From NCBI GenBank assembly GCA_030428185.1, contig JAUICE010000002.1:14000-77999 (forward strand): 64,000 nt of DNA. Direction: 5' to 3'. The DNA comes from Gammaproteobacteria bacterium. GTDB taxonomy: Bacteria > Pseudomonadota > Gammaproteobacteria > Legionellales > Legionellaceae. This document shows positions 10,472 to 18,440 of the stretch, piece by piece. The notes beneath the pieces were generated by a model. That model ran no database searches. It was not told where the DNA came from and worked only from the letters and a program-made list of their open reading frames with translations. Positions within the stretch are counted from its first letter, which is position 1; each line of letters starts with the position of its first letter. A program made the translations under genes and the position numbers.

Positions 10472-10621
10472 TTAAGCCTTGTTATAATCCCAAACATTAA
10501 CCGGCGTTTGCGGGCAATACTTGCCAAAATTTGGGCATGGGCTATTGATATTCGTTTGCGCACAAGCCCCAAGTGATAACACCACCATTAAGGTACTTAT
10601 CCATTTCAATTTCTCTTTCAT
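10472..10621 (-). CDS. Small lipoprotein (49 aa), VirB7-like or entry-exclusion-like; not in the ORF track
   Basis: My translation is MKEKLKWISTLMVVLSLGACAQTNINSPCPNFGKYCPQTPVNVWDYNKA. It has a lipobox (LSLGA|C) after a hydrophobic signal sequence. The gene sits between virB5 and virB6, 15 nt after the virB5 stop and 4 nt before the virB6 ATG. Confidence 0.65.
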   Translation of the reverse strand: MKEKLKWISTLMVVLSLGACAQTNINSPCPNFGKYCPQTPVNVWDYNKA

Positions 10622-10636
10622 TTAAACCTCCACTGT

Positions 10637-11365
10637 TTACTCATCGGGTAATTGGTTAAACGATGCCATCTGCTCTTCGATAAAAAGCTTGTTTTCTTTA
10701 TCGCTTGCAGACTGTTTATTTAGGATGCTTAGTTGCTTTAAGATTTCGGTTTGCACATTGGCATTTTCAGCGGTGAGTCTCGCATTTAAATCAATGGCGC
10801 TTTTGCTATTGCTTGCTTTTTCAATTTCACTGCTTAATTTATGGATATTGTCAAAGTGCTGATTAACACGGTTATAGCTTGCGGTCGCTTGTGAGTCCGC
10901 GTTTTGTGCTAAGAGCTTATTGTCTTTGTATTTTTTATAGTTCGTACTTTCTTGACCTTTAAATAGCTTGCTATCTAATAAGGGATGTGATTTTTGATAG
11001 GATTTAAGTAGCGACTGGTAGCGAGACGAGTTGCCCCCAGAGATATTATTGATGGTATCTTGCCAATTATCAGCAGACCATTGTCTATCTTTTAAATCAT
11101 TTAGCGTGTTTTTAAGATTACCCCAGCCGTAATTGCCTTGATTAAAATCTTTAAGGCGCGATAATTCTTGTAATTGGTCTTTGGTGGCGGTTAGTTGTGA
11201 TTTAGCCTCATTTAAGGTATCAAGTGAGATGCCGTATTGACGCATGATGCCATCGGCAATGTGCTTTATGGGCCCTAATAAATCATCAACAATACCCGCA
11301 TGTGACGAAAGGGAAGTTAATATCAATCCGACGACTACAGCTTTTTTATAATTATTTACGTGCAT
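10637..11365 (-). CDS. virB5: VirB5/TrbJ-family minor pilus protein
   Basis: A signal peptide and a helical Q/N/K-rich 240-aa protein located immediately after virB4 (10-nt overlap). Confidence 0.75.
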   Translation of the reverse strand: MHVNNYKKAVVVGLILTSLSSHAGIVDDLLGPIKHIADGIMRQYGISLDTLNEAKSQLTATKDQLQELSRLKDFNQGNYGWGNLKNTLNDLKDRQWSADNWQDTINNISGGNSSRYQSLLKSYQKSHPLLDSKLFKGQESTNYKKYKDNKLLAQNADSQATASYNRVNQHFDNIHKLSSEIEKASNSKSAIDLNARLTAENANVQTEILKQLSILNKQSASDKENKLFIEEQMASFNQLPDE

Positions 11366-13791
11366 ACACCACTCCTTTCAATATAATCTGGCAGCCAATC
11401 GGTTGGGTTATAGCCTTTTTCAATAATGAGTTCGTCAAGCAATCGATTAGACTTCTCAGTTGCTGATAGCACTCTGAGCTCTTCTTTCAGGGCACTTAAA
11501 TCTAGCTTACAGAGTATCGACTCATGCTCTTGCTTATAGAGAAATAAGCGTGATGAGGGGTTATTGCTAGCAATTGCCTGGTATTCAGCGGAATTTAGCT
11601 TTAATTCATCGCAGTAAATATTTTCTTTGGCACTGGGATTGGGGAATAAAATCAAGGTCGCTTTGTTATCCATGATTTGCGCATGAATACTGGACTCCAC
11701 TATCGTTTGTGGCGACTGTGTCATCATAATCACATGCGCATTTTTCTTTCGGATAGTAGGTAGCCACTCCGATAACACCTTTTGCCAATACGGAGAACCT
11801 AAAACCTGCCAAGTCTCATCGATAACAATTGAGGTAAGCTTTCCATCTAGCGATTCACGCATACGATGTAATAAATACATATAAACCGGCGTTGAGATAT
11901 GATGAGTTACCGAGTCCATTAAAAAGCTCACATCAAAGCCATTGATTGCTTTATTAAGTGATAGCGAGTCCTCTTCATTATCAAATAGCCACGCATATTC
12001 GCCGTCTTTACGCGCACCTTCTCCTTTTAACCAGCGTTTAAGCTCGTTATGTCTTGGGAAGTCATGCGGCAAGCATTTGGCAACAACACTTAAGCATCGA
12101 TATTTGCCCTCTAAATCATCAAAAGCATAATCGACACAGTCATTGACCACTTCAGATAGCTCGCCATCCAAAATCACTTCATCTGATTTAAAAAGCAGCG
12201 AGCAAAACCATTGCTTGATAAAACTTCTATTTTCTTTGCTGTCTGGCAGCTTAAACGGGTTAAAGTGAACCCTGTCTGAATTAGAAGGCTTTACTATCGT
12301 GTAAGTCCCATCATTGGCTAACACAAAAGGACGTGACGCCTCATCGCGCTCTAGATAAAAACTCCTTCCTTGATAGCGCATTAGTTGCGCCACTAAAAAA
12401 TTAGCGAGCACCGTTTTACCAGCGCCATTGCCGCCAATGATTAAGGTGTGACCTTTGGAGGGATTATCTTTTGAGCCTTTGGCATGTAAATTTAAATAGA
12501 CGTTTTTTTTTGAGGGGGTATCAACTAGCGTTACAGCACTGCCTAGATGATTTTCATCTTGATATCCTTGCGGCTCATTATGTAGTGCACAGAAGTCTGC
12601 AAAGTTCTTTGCTGTTATCAATGCACGTCGAGCCAAAAAGAGTTGATTGGTTGGTATTTGGCTGAAAAATGCCGCCTCTAACCCTAAATTTTCTTTAAAG
12701 ACCGTAATACCAGAAAGCGCGTAGGCTTTACTGGCTTTATTGATTGCCTCCTCTAGCTTGGATTCCGTATCATTTATCAACATCAAAGAGTGCTGGTAAT
12801 GGCCTAGTAATGTTTTATCACTAGCGATTTCATCTTCAAGATGAGATAAATCGCTAATCTGGGTTTCAGCTAAGTCATTTGCTGAGTGTAACTTACCCCG
12901 CTTTAAATCAATCGCCTTAAGTGATTCATAACGTGCCGCAACCTCAAAGCTATGTGTTGCAATAAACTCATTATCAATCGATTGTATTGGGTCAAAGATG
13001 ATGTTTGCGCTATGCGATGGGTATTGCTTGATAGAAAGCATCGCTGCAAAGCGTGTATCATCCTTGCCTGCACCCTGAAACTGGATGTTTGAGCCAAATA
13101 GAATTTGCTTTTGACAAAGGTATGGCGATATTTTTCCCTCAGGATAAAGCGCGTTATCCCCTTTAACCTTAATGCCACATCCCGCATTAGTAAAAAGTGA
13201 TAAAAAATATAAAAGCTCGCTATAACCTTTTTCTTTATCATTTTCACCAAGCAACGCTGGGTTGAACGATGATAGCTTTGATAGCAGCTCGTCACGCTTT
13301 TGTATTAAGCGATTTATTTGTGTTTCTCTTGTTGCGCTGTAAGCACTCATTGTTTTTGAGTGCGAATAGCTTTTTAACGATACAACTGGGCCTGAAGACT
13401 TGTGACTGCTTTTTAAAATAAGCGTGAAATAAATGTCATTGCAGTAGCTGTTTTTAGTTTTTAAGGCATTAAAGTAGGCTTGATTGATTTGGCTTGCAAA
13501 TGCCGATTTAAATTCACTAGTTAATCTCATGTCAGCTTTTCTTCTATGAATAGTAACATGCGTAATAAAACTCTCATCCAAGCCTAAAAGCGCTTGATGA
13601 AGTTCAAGGTGTAATTGATTGAGCTTGATATTTTCTTGTGTTGCATAAGGCACACCCTCGATTTTAAAAGTAGAGCCAATATGACCATCAGCTGACTCAA
13701 AGATAGTTTCGCTATTTAAATGGGTTATCGGGAATACATCAGATAAGCTCATTTCTTTTTTCGTTAACACCAATGAATTAAAAGGGTTCAT
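11356..13791 (-). CDS. virB4: VirB4 ATPase
   Basis: 811 aa with Walker A IIGGNGAGKTVLANF and a CagE/TrbE/VirB4 layout. It overlaps virB3 by 14 nt. Confidence 0.93.
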   Translation of the reverse strand: MNPFNSLVLTKKEMSLSDVFPITHLNSETIFESADGHIGSTFKIEGVPYATQENIKLNQLHLELHQALLGLDESFITHVTIHRRKADMRLTSEFKSAFASQINQAYFNALKTKNSYCNDIYFTLILKSSHKSSGPVVSLKSYSHSKTMSAYSATRETQINRLIQKRDELLSKLSSFNPALLGENDKEKGYSELLYFLSLFTNAGCGIKVKGDNALYPEGKISPYLCQKQILFGSNIQFQGAGKDDTRFAAMLSIKQYPSHSANIIFDPIQSIDNEFIATHSFEVAARYESLKAIDLKRGKLHSANDLAETQISDLSHLEDEIASDKTLLGHYQHSLMLINDTESKLEEAINKASKAYALSGITVFKENLGLEAAFFSQIPTNQLFLARRALITAKNFADFCALHNEPQGYQDENHLGSAVTLVDTPSKKNVYLNLHAKGSKDNPSKGHTLIIGGNGAGKTVLANFLVAQLMRYQGRSFYLERDEASRPFVLANDGTYTIVKPSNSDRVHFNPFKLPDSKENRSFIKQWFCSLLFKSDEVILDGELSEVVNDCVDYAFDDLEGKYRCLSVVAKCLPHDFPRHNELKRWLKGEGARKDGEYAWLFDNEEDSLSLNKAINGFDVSFLMDSVTHHISTPVYMYLLHRMRESLDGKLTSIVIDETWQVLGSPYWQKVLSEWLPTIRKKNAHVIMMTQSPQTIVESSIHAQIMDNKATLILFPNPSAKENIYCDELKLNSAEYQAIASNNPSSRLFLYKQEHESILCKLDLSALKEELRVLSATEKSNRLLDELIIEKGYNPTDWLPDYIERSGVCT

Positions 13792-14065
13792 AACACCTCA
13801 CACCCCAGATAGACTTATTTAGTTGATTGGGAAGCAGAAATTTTGCTTTAAGCACATTAAAAAAATGCGGGTCGATACGGCATATTTGCCAACCGATTAA
13901 ATGCAGTGGGAAATAACAAAGCCCGTAAAGCAAGTTACCTGTTGCGATTAAAAGTGCCATCGCAACGATTAAGTTAATGCCAAAGACTTCTAACGTGACG
14001 CCGGCTGTTAATGCCGGTCTCGTTAGCGCGCCATAGAGTGGATTTATCATGAGGTTTTCTTCCAT
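13778..14065 (-). CDS. virB3: VirB3 inner-membrane protein
   Basis: 95 aa with LYGALTRPALTAGV followed by two TM helices, a typical VirB3 pattern. It lies between virB2 and virB4. Confidence 0.85.
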   Translation of the reverse strand: MEENLMINPLYGALTRPALTAGVTLEVFGINLIVAMALLIATGNLLYGLCYFPLHLIGWQICRIDPHFFNVLKAKFLLPNQLNKSIWGVRCYEPF

Positions 14066-14067
14066 AA

Positions 14068-14352
14068 CTAACCTACCAGCGCGCTATAAATTGATGAGCT
14101 ACCAAAGACCACGCCTAAACCAATGAGCGTTAACAAAAACTGCTCTTTGGGAAAACGTTGCTTAAAGATACAAAGGTAGCCCGAGCCAACCACTGCAATA
14201 AGACCTATGCTTTTAGCCACATCACCTTGTAAGAACCCAACTAGCTTATCTAAGATGCTGGTAATGGTGATATGGCCACTGCTAGCAAGCGCATCCAATG
14301 GCAGCAGTAAACTTACCGCTAGTGGAATAAGAAAGTGTTTTATTTTCATCAT
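14068..14352 (-). CDS. virB2: VirB2/TrbC-type pilin
   Basis: 94 aa with a long signal peptide (…DALA|SS) and two hydrophobic helices. It is the first gene of the virB cluster. Confidence 0.8.
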   Translation of the reverse strand: MMKIKHFLIPLAVSLLLPLDALASSGHITITSILDKLVGFLQGDVAKSIGLIAVVGSGYLCIFKQRFPKEQFLLTLIGLGVVFGSSSIYSALVG

Positions 14353-14388
14353 GAATTCCTTGTAAATCTGAAAAACTTAAGCAAGAGT

Positions 14389-14571
14389 TCAAGCTTTATA
14401 TCGAGCTTGAATCACCTTTTCATTAAAGAGCTCTTCCCTATCAATATCGACATCCCTGTCCGCCAAAAACGCTAAGCGCACACTGGTTCCAACAACACCC
14501 AATACTTTGACAAATATCCGACCGTTATCTATGACGACCTGCTGCCCTTCTCTTCTATCTAAAACCAACAT
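14389..14571 (-). CDS. csrA: CsrA-family RNA-binding regulator paralog (ICE-associated, LvrC/CsrT-like)
   Basis: MLVLDRREGQQVVIDNGRIFVKVLGVVGTSVRLAFLADRDVDIDREELF aligns with canonical CsrA [48 protein letters not shown]. It lies directly upstream of virB2, as in the Legionella lvh/ICE loci. Confidence 0.88.
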   Translation of the reverse strand: MLVLDRREGQQVVIDNGRIFVKVLGVVGTSVRLAFLADRDVDIDREELFNEKVIQARYKA

Positions 14572-14585
14572 CTCATCTCCTTTTT

Positions 14586-15047
14586 TTATTCAGAAATCGC
14601 TAATTTTTTTTTGATACTTCCCATGTGGTGTTTTTGCACCTCTGGTTTAGCCACATCAATTTCTTCTGCTTTAAACCACTCATTTCGCTTAATTTCTTTA
14701 CGGCATAGGCCAATCAATTGCGGTAATGTTGGTGGATACTCCAAATGGTCTCGACAGTGTAATATCGCCTTTACCAACACCTCATCACTGTAAGGTTTTA
14801 ATCCCTCTAGCCACTGATTTTTGCTAAAGGCCAAAAAATCAGTATTTTTAAAATGATTGCGCCAAACATAACCGTAAAAGGCAGAGAATTTTAAAAATAA
14901 ATTATCAATGCGCTTTTTATGATGAGCTGTGCAATCTGAACTTGACGACGTTACTTGTTTGCTCTTTGGTGTCGTCTCCTTCTTTGCAAGCGTCGTAGAA
15001 CGGGTCTTTAACGGCAGTTCGTTTAAAATCTGTTTGACGGCTTGCAT
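14586..15047 (-). CDS. LvrB-like protein (lambda P-like replication-protein motif)
   Basis: 153 aa. The motif FSAFYGYVWRNHF...NQWLEGLKPYSDEVLVKAILHCRDHLEYPPTLPQLIGLC resembles the phage replication-protein-P-type N-domain. A strong SD (GAGGAG) lies 7 nt before ATG 15047. Position is as for lvrB. Confidence 0.55.
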   Translation of the reverse strand: MQAVKQILNELPLKTRSTTLAKKETTPKSKQVTSSSSDCTAHHKKRIDNLFLKFSAFYGYVWRNHFKNTDFLAFSKNQWLEGLKPYSDEVLVKAILHCRDHLEYPPTLPQLIGLCRKEIKRNEWFKAEEIDVAKPEVQKHHMGSIKKKLAISE

Positions 15048-15798
15048 GCTGCTTCTCCTCTAGCATCTCTTCTGTGACTTCATCTTCCCAAGCACGCTGT
15101 GCTAGCCAGTTTGCGGGATATTTCCACGGGGCTACCCATTGACCTTGTGACTTTTGTTGTTTGTAAAAAGCAATCTGTGTTTTGAGTGACTGCATGATTT
15201 GAGTAATTAAACTTTCATCCGGGTTTAATAATTCAAACTCAGCCAGTGCTTTTTGCTTGGATTTTTTTACAGGGTAAATCGACCAGAATTTTTCAAAAGA
15301 TAAATATAAATAATTATTATTACTTAGAGGTATGACGGCTTCTGGTGTTTTGTTAGTGTCGGCTTTTTGTAACGAACTGCTTGATAAACCCTTATTTACA
15401 GCGTTTTCTTGTGATTTGTTTATGACTTCTTGCTGTGACGCCTTTGTGACTGCTTTGTTTTGAGCATAACTCGACTTACCAGCCAATAAGCATTTTAAAA
15501 CAAGCTGCTTGTCACTCGATTGAATAGTAATTAATCCAGCACGCTCTAAACCTTTTAACGCACGGCGAAGCTGTGCTTTAGAAGGGGAGCCTGATTGAAT
15601 GCCTGGGTGAGGCTCAACGTATAAGGATTCTGATAGGGATTGATAGCTAATACGGCGCTTAATGCCAACAAGAGAGGAGTGCTTATCCATATACGGACGA
15701 GCACCAAATATATAGGCTACTCGCTGTATATAAGGTAAGTCCCTCAATGCAGATAGCTCTATGTTATTTAAAACTACAAAATCCATCTTCTTGCTCAC
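14917..15798 (-). CDS. LvrA-like protein with a winged-helix domain plus a phage replication/recruitment-like C-domain
   Basis: 293 aa. A wHTH-like segment is present (SKAQLRRALKGLERAGLITI), and the C-terminal FEKFWSIYPVKKSKQKALAEF...YPANWLAQRAWEDE motif is common in phage/ICE replication-associated proteins. It is the first gene of the lvr-csrA-virB transcription unit. Confidence 0.55.
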   Translation of the reverse strand: MSKKMDFVVLNNIELSALRDLPYIQRVAYIFGARPYMDKHSSLVGIKRRISYQSLSESLYVEPHPGIQSGSPSKAQLRRALKGLERAGLITIQSSDKQLVLKCLLAGKSSYAQNKAVTKASQQEVINKSQENAVNKGLSSSSLQKADTNKTPEAVIPLSNNNYLYLSFEKFWSIYPVKKSKQKALAEFELLNPDESLITQIMQSLKTQIAFYKQQKSQGQWVAPWKYPANWLAQRAWEDEVTEEMLEEKQHASRQTDFKRTAVKDPFYDACKEGDDTKEQTSNVVKFRLHSSS

Positions 15799-16171
15799 CG
15801 CTGTTAAAAACCAATATCAAATGGTTATATTTGATATCACATATTACTCACTATGAACTTTATTCTTTCAGAATATGTTTTTTTATTTTATTCAGTCAAT
15901 GAATTTCTAGCTATGTAACTAAATGAACTTGAATGAAATTCTAGTCAGTTAATTTCATTAAGTGGTCGACTTCAGCGCTGTGTAGCAGCGTTATAACTCG
16001 CTAAAAAACAAAATCAAGTTTGTAGGTGACAGGTCCTTTTTTATGTTGCCATGATTCACTCGCAATATTCCTAGGACGGTATTATTATCTCTCTGTGCTC
16101 ATTTGTTAGCCATAATTGGTTTTCATGGTATCATCCTTGGAACTCAATTCTTAACTTTAAAACAGTTTTTC

Positions 16172-17419
16172 ATGGAAAAAACATCTCGTAAATATGGGGT
16201 AGTTGTTAGAGTAAAAAGAAGGATCTCCGATATTTATTTCGATATACCCTGCTTAACAAAAAAAGTCCTCCCAGTAGTTATTTTTGAGCAATTAGTGGCG
16301 GCATTTTGTTTAAATATTTCAGCATATTTTACCAAGGTTGATCGTATGCATTTCGGTAAAATTGGCGAATACATATCTTTTTTCTATTGGGGCAGTTTAG
16401 TTGGCGCATTGCTAGGTGCTTTCTTAACTTTACGTATTAGGAGTACCAAAATTTCTGGTGTTTGTCTTGTGGCTCTTGGTATATCTTTATATTTTCTATG
16501 TTCCTCGACAGATACTTTTAAAATATGTTTGGCAATGCTTTTTATGGGGGCCGCGGGTACAACAGCAGCGACAAGCAATAGCTCAAGTTTGATTCGATCT
16601 GTTGGTGATGCTAGTCATACAAAGTTAAAAATAATTAGTTTGGAATTAATATCGTTTAATTTATGTTTTTCATTCATGTCTTACATATTGATGTATTTAA
16701 CTCCGATTCAAATAGTTTTATTTTCTAAATTCTTATCATACGGACTAATTGTAATAGGAGGATATTCTCTCTTATATCTACAAAATAATATTTTTCATTC
16801 TATATATGAGAAGAAATTACTCAAGATGAAGCTAATACTTCCTAATGAAAAATGGAATTTTTCCGTTTTAATGATTATGGTTGTTTTATTTGGTTTGATT
16901 TTTTCAATGGTTAAGGTTATTTATACCCCAACCTTAATTAACAGGTTTGGTAACAGTCTTATTTCAGTTGCTGTTGCTTCAATCAATCCATGGCTTGTTT
17001 TTATCGTCCAGCCATTAATAATTGATAAAATTAAAAAAGGTAGTTCTTCATGGTGTCTAGGAGCGGGCGGGCTTATTACTGGAAGCAGTTACTTTATATT
17101 TGGTTTTGCAAGTTCATTTTGGTTGACAGCCATATCGTTAGTATTCTTAACATTTGGGGAGATGTTGTTTGCTCCACTATCGAAGCATTACTGTGTGCAG
17201 TCTTTTAAAAAAGGAGAAGAAGGTCTTGCTTTAGGTGTTTGGCGTTTTTTCTTTCTTGGGAGTGGGACAATTGGTCCAGAAATTTCAGGATTAATAGCTG
17301 ATAACTATGGAAGTAGTTTTGTTTGGGGACTTTGTGGCGTGTTTGGTTTGGGTTGCTTGCTTTTTTCAACGAGCTTAAAAGAGATGAAAAACAAAACAAA
17401 ATGTGTGATGATAAACTAA
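16172..17419 (+). CDS. MFS-type transporter (about 12 TM helices)
   Basis: Hydrophobic throughout with regularly spaced TM helices. The track starts at TTG 16103; the first ATG is at 16172 (MEKTSRKYG). It is the first gene of a tight three-gene plus-strand cassette. Confidence 0.7.
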   Translation: MEKTSRKYGVVVRVKRRISDIYFDIPCLTKKVLPVVIFEQLVAAFCLNISAYFTKVDRMHFGKIGEYISFFYWGSLVGALLGAFLTLRIRSTKISGVCLVALGISLYFLCSSTDTFKICLAMLFMGAAGTTAATSNSSSLIRSVGDASHTKLKIISLELISFNLCFSFMSYILMYLTPIQIVLFSKFLSYGLIVIGGYSLLYLQNNIFHSIYEKKLLKMKLILPNEKWNFSVLMIMVVLFGLIFSMVKVIYTPTLINRFGNSLISVAVASINPWLVFIVQPLIIDKIKKGSSSWCLGAGGLITGSSYFIFGFASSFWLTAISLVFLTFGEMLFAPLSKHYCVQSFKKGEEGLALGVWRFFFLGSGTIGPEISGLIADNYGSSFVWGLCGVFGLGCLLFSTSLKEMKNKTKCVMIN

Positions 17420-17447
17420 TAAGATCTAAAAACAATGAAGAGTGAAT

Positions 17448-17633
17448 ATGAATATATATAACTACTTGGTGACGTTAGCATTAAAGCCGTTATCTCTGAA
17501 AAATGAAAGAGACATGAGTTCATTGGATTCTTTAGGTACCTCATCTAAAATAAAGGACATGCTATCTCAACAAGGGTATGAAGAAATTCATGGAGATAAG
17601 CTAGCCTGTGAAACAAGAGCCCCGGATTTATAA
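17448..17633 (+). CDS. Small peptide (61 aa from ATG 17448; 63 aa from GTG 17442), candidate RiPP precursor for the adjacent methyltransferase
   Basis: GAAGAG lies 5 nt upstream of ATG 17448. The ORF ends 21 nt before the methyltransferase start. Sequence: MNIYNYLVTLALKPLSLKNERDMSSLDSLGTSSKIKDMLSQQGYEEIHGDKLACETRAPDL. No family was recognised; the call rests on position only. Confidence 0.35.
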   Translation: MNIYNYLVTLALKPLSLKNERDMSSLDSLGTSSKIKDMLSQQGYEEIHGDKLACETRAPDL

Positions 17634-17654
17634 GTGATTTTCTAAGATTGTAAA

Positions 17655-18440
17655 ATGAACGAGTTATACATTGTTGGCTCCGGTATCAAATTTTTATCTC
17701 ATTTAACCCTTGAAGCCAAGGCATTAATTAATGAGGCAGACTGTGTATTGTATCTTTTAAATGAAACAGCCATGAAGCACTGGGTAGTTGAAAATTCAAA
17801 AAAAGCTATTTCTTTAGATGATATATACTTTTCTAGTGAAAAGCGCACTGAGTCATATCGTAAAATAGCTTCAAAAGTTATAGATATTTCTTTACAGCAT
17901 AGAAATACATGTTTTGTGATCTATGGACATCCACTTGTCCTATGTGAGCCAGTAGTAAAAATCATTCGATCAGACTCAAGACAATCTAATAAACTAAGAG
18001 TGAATGTTTTGCCGGGTATATCGAGTCTTGATTGTTTATTCAGTGACCTGGAGGTCGATCCTGGAGAGTTTGGTATTCAAGCATTTGAGGCAACAAATTT
18101 TGTAACGCATGACTATGATTTCTCTATTCATTCAAATTTAGTTTTGTGGCAAATAGGAGTCTCTGGTATCACAAGCATTGTTTCAACAGAAAATGAGCAG
18201 TTAGAAGCAAAGAGGTTGAAGTCTATCGCATTAATAACTAAAAAATTACTCAAAAAATATGACTGGAATCATGAAGTTTACTTGTATGTGGCCGCACAAT
18301 ATCCACAAATTTCTTGTGAAATTCAAAAAATAAAACTATGTGATTTGCCCAACGTGAGCATAAATCGATTAGCTACAGCATATATCCCGCCTTTAGGTTA
18401 TGCAAAAAAAAGTAGCAAAGTATTAAAGGATTTATCCTAG
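17655..18440 (+). CDS. Stand-alone borosin-type peptide alpha-N-methyltransferase (tetrapyrrole-methylase fold, OphMA/SonM-like)
   Basis: Motif-by-motif match to the OphMA methyltransferase domain as I recall it:
- LYIVGSGIKFLSHLTLEA vs LTIVGTGIESIGQMTLQA
- KRTESYRKI vs SRLNTYTQM (catalytic R/Y spacing)
- VIYGHPLVL vs VFYGHPGVF
- LPGISSLDCLFSDLEVDP vs LPGVSAEDCLFADLCIDP
- IHSNLVLWQIGVSG vs IHSHLVLFQVGCVG
- ATAYIPP vs STFYIPP
At 261 aa it has no fused clasp or core region. Confidence 0.75.
   Translation: MNELYIVGSGIKFLSHLTLEAKALINEADCVLYLLNETAMKHWVVENSKKAISLDDIYFSSEKRTESYRKIASKVIDISLQHRNTCFVIYGHPLVLCEPVVKIIRSDSRQSNKLRVNVLPGISSLDCLFSDLEVDPGEFGIQAFEATNFVTHDYDFSIHSNLVLWQIGVSGITSIVSTENEQLEAKRLKSIALITKKLLKKYDWNHEVYLYVAAQYPQISCEIQKIKLCDLPNVSINRLATAYIPPLGYAKKSSKVLKDLS

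Noticed and set aside
12903-13295. 130-aa minus-strand ORF inside virB4
   Set aside because: It is an alternative frame within the well-supported VirB4 ATPase gene, with no RBS or family resemblance.
16103-16134. Possible promoter TTGTTA ... TGgTATCAT upstream of the MFS gene
   Set aside because: The spacer would be 20 nt, which is too long, and the TTG at 16103 is also the track's alternative start codon. Not supportable.
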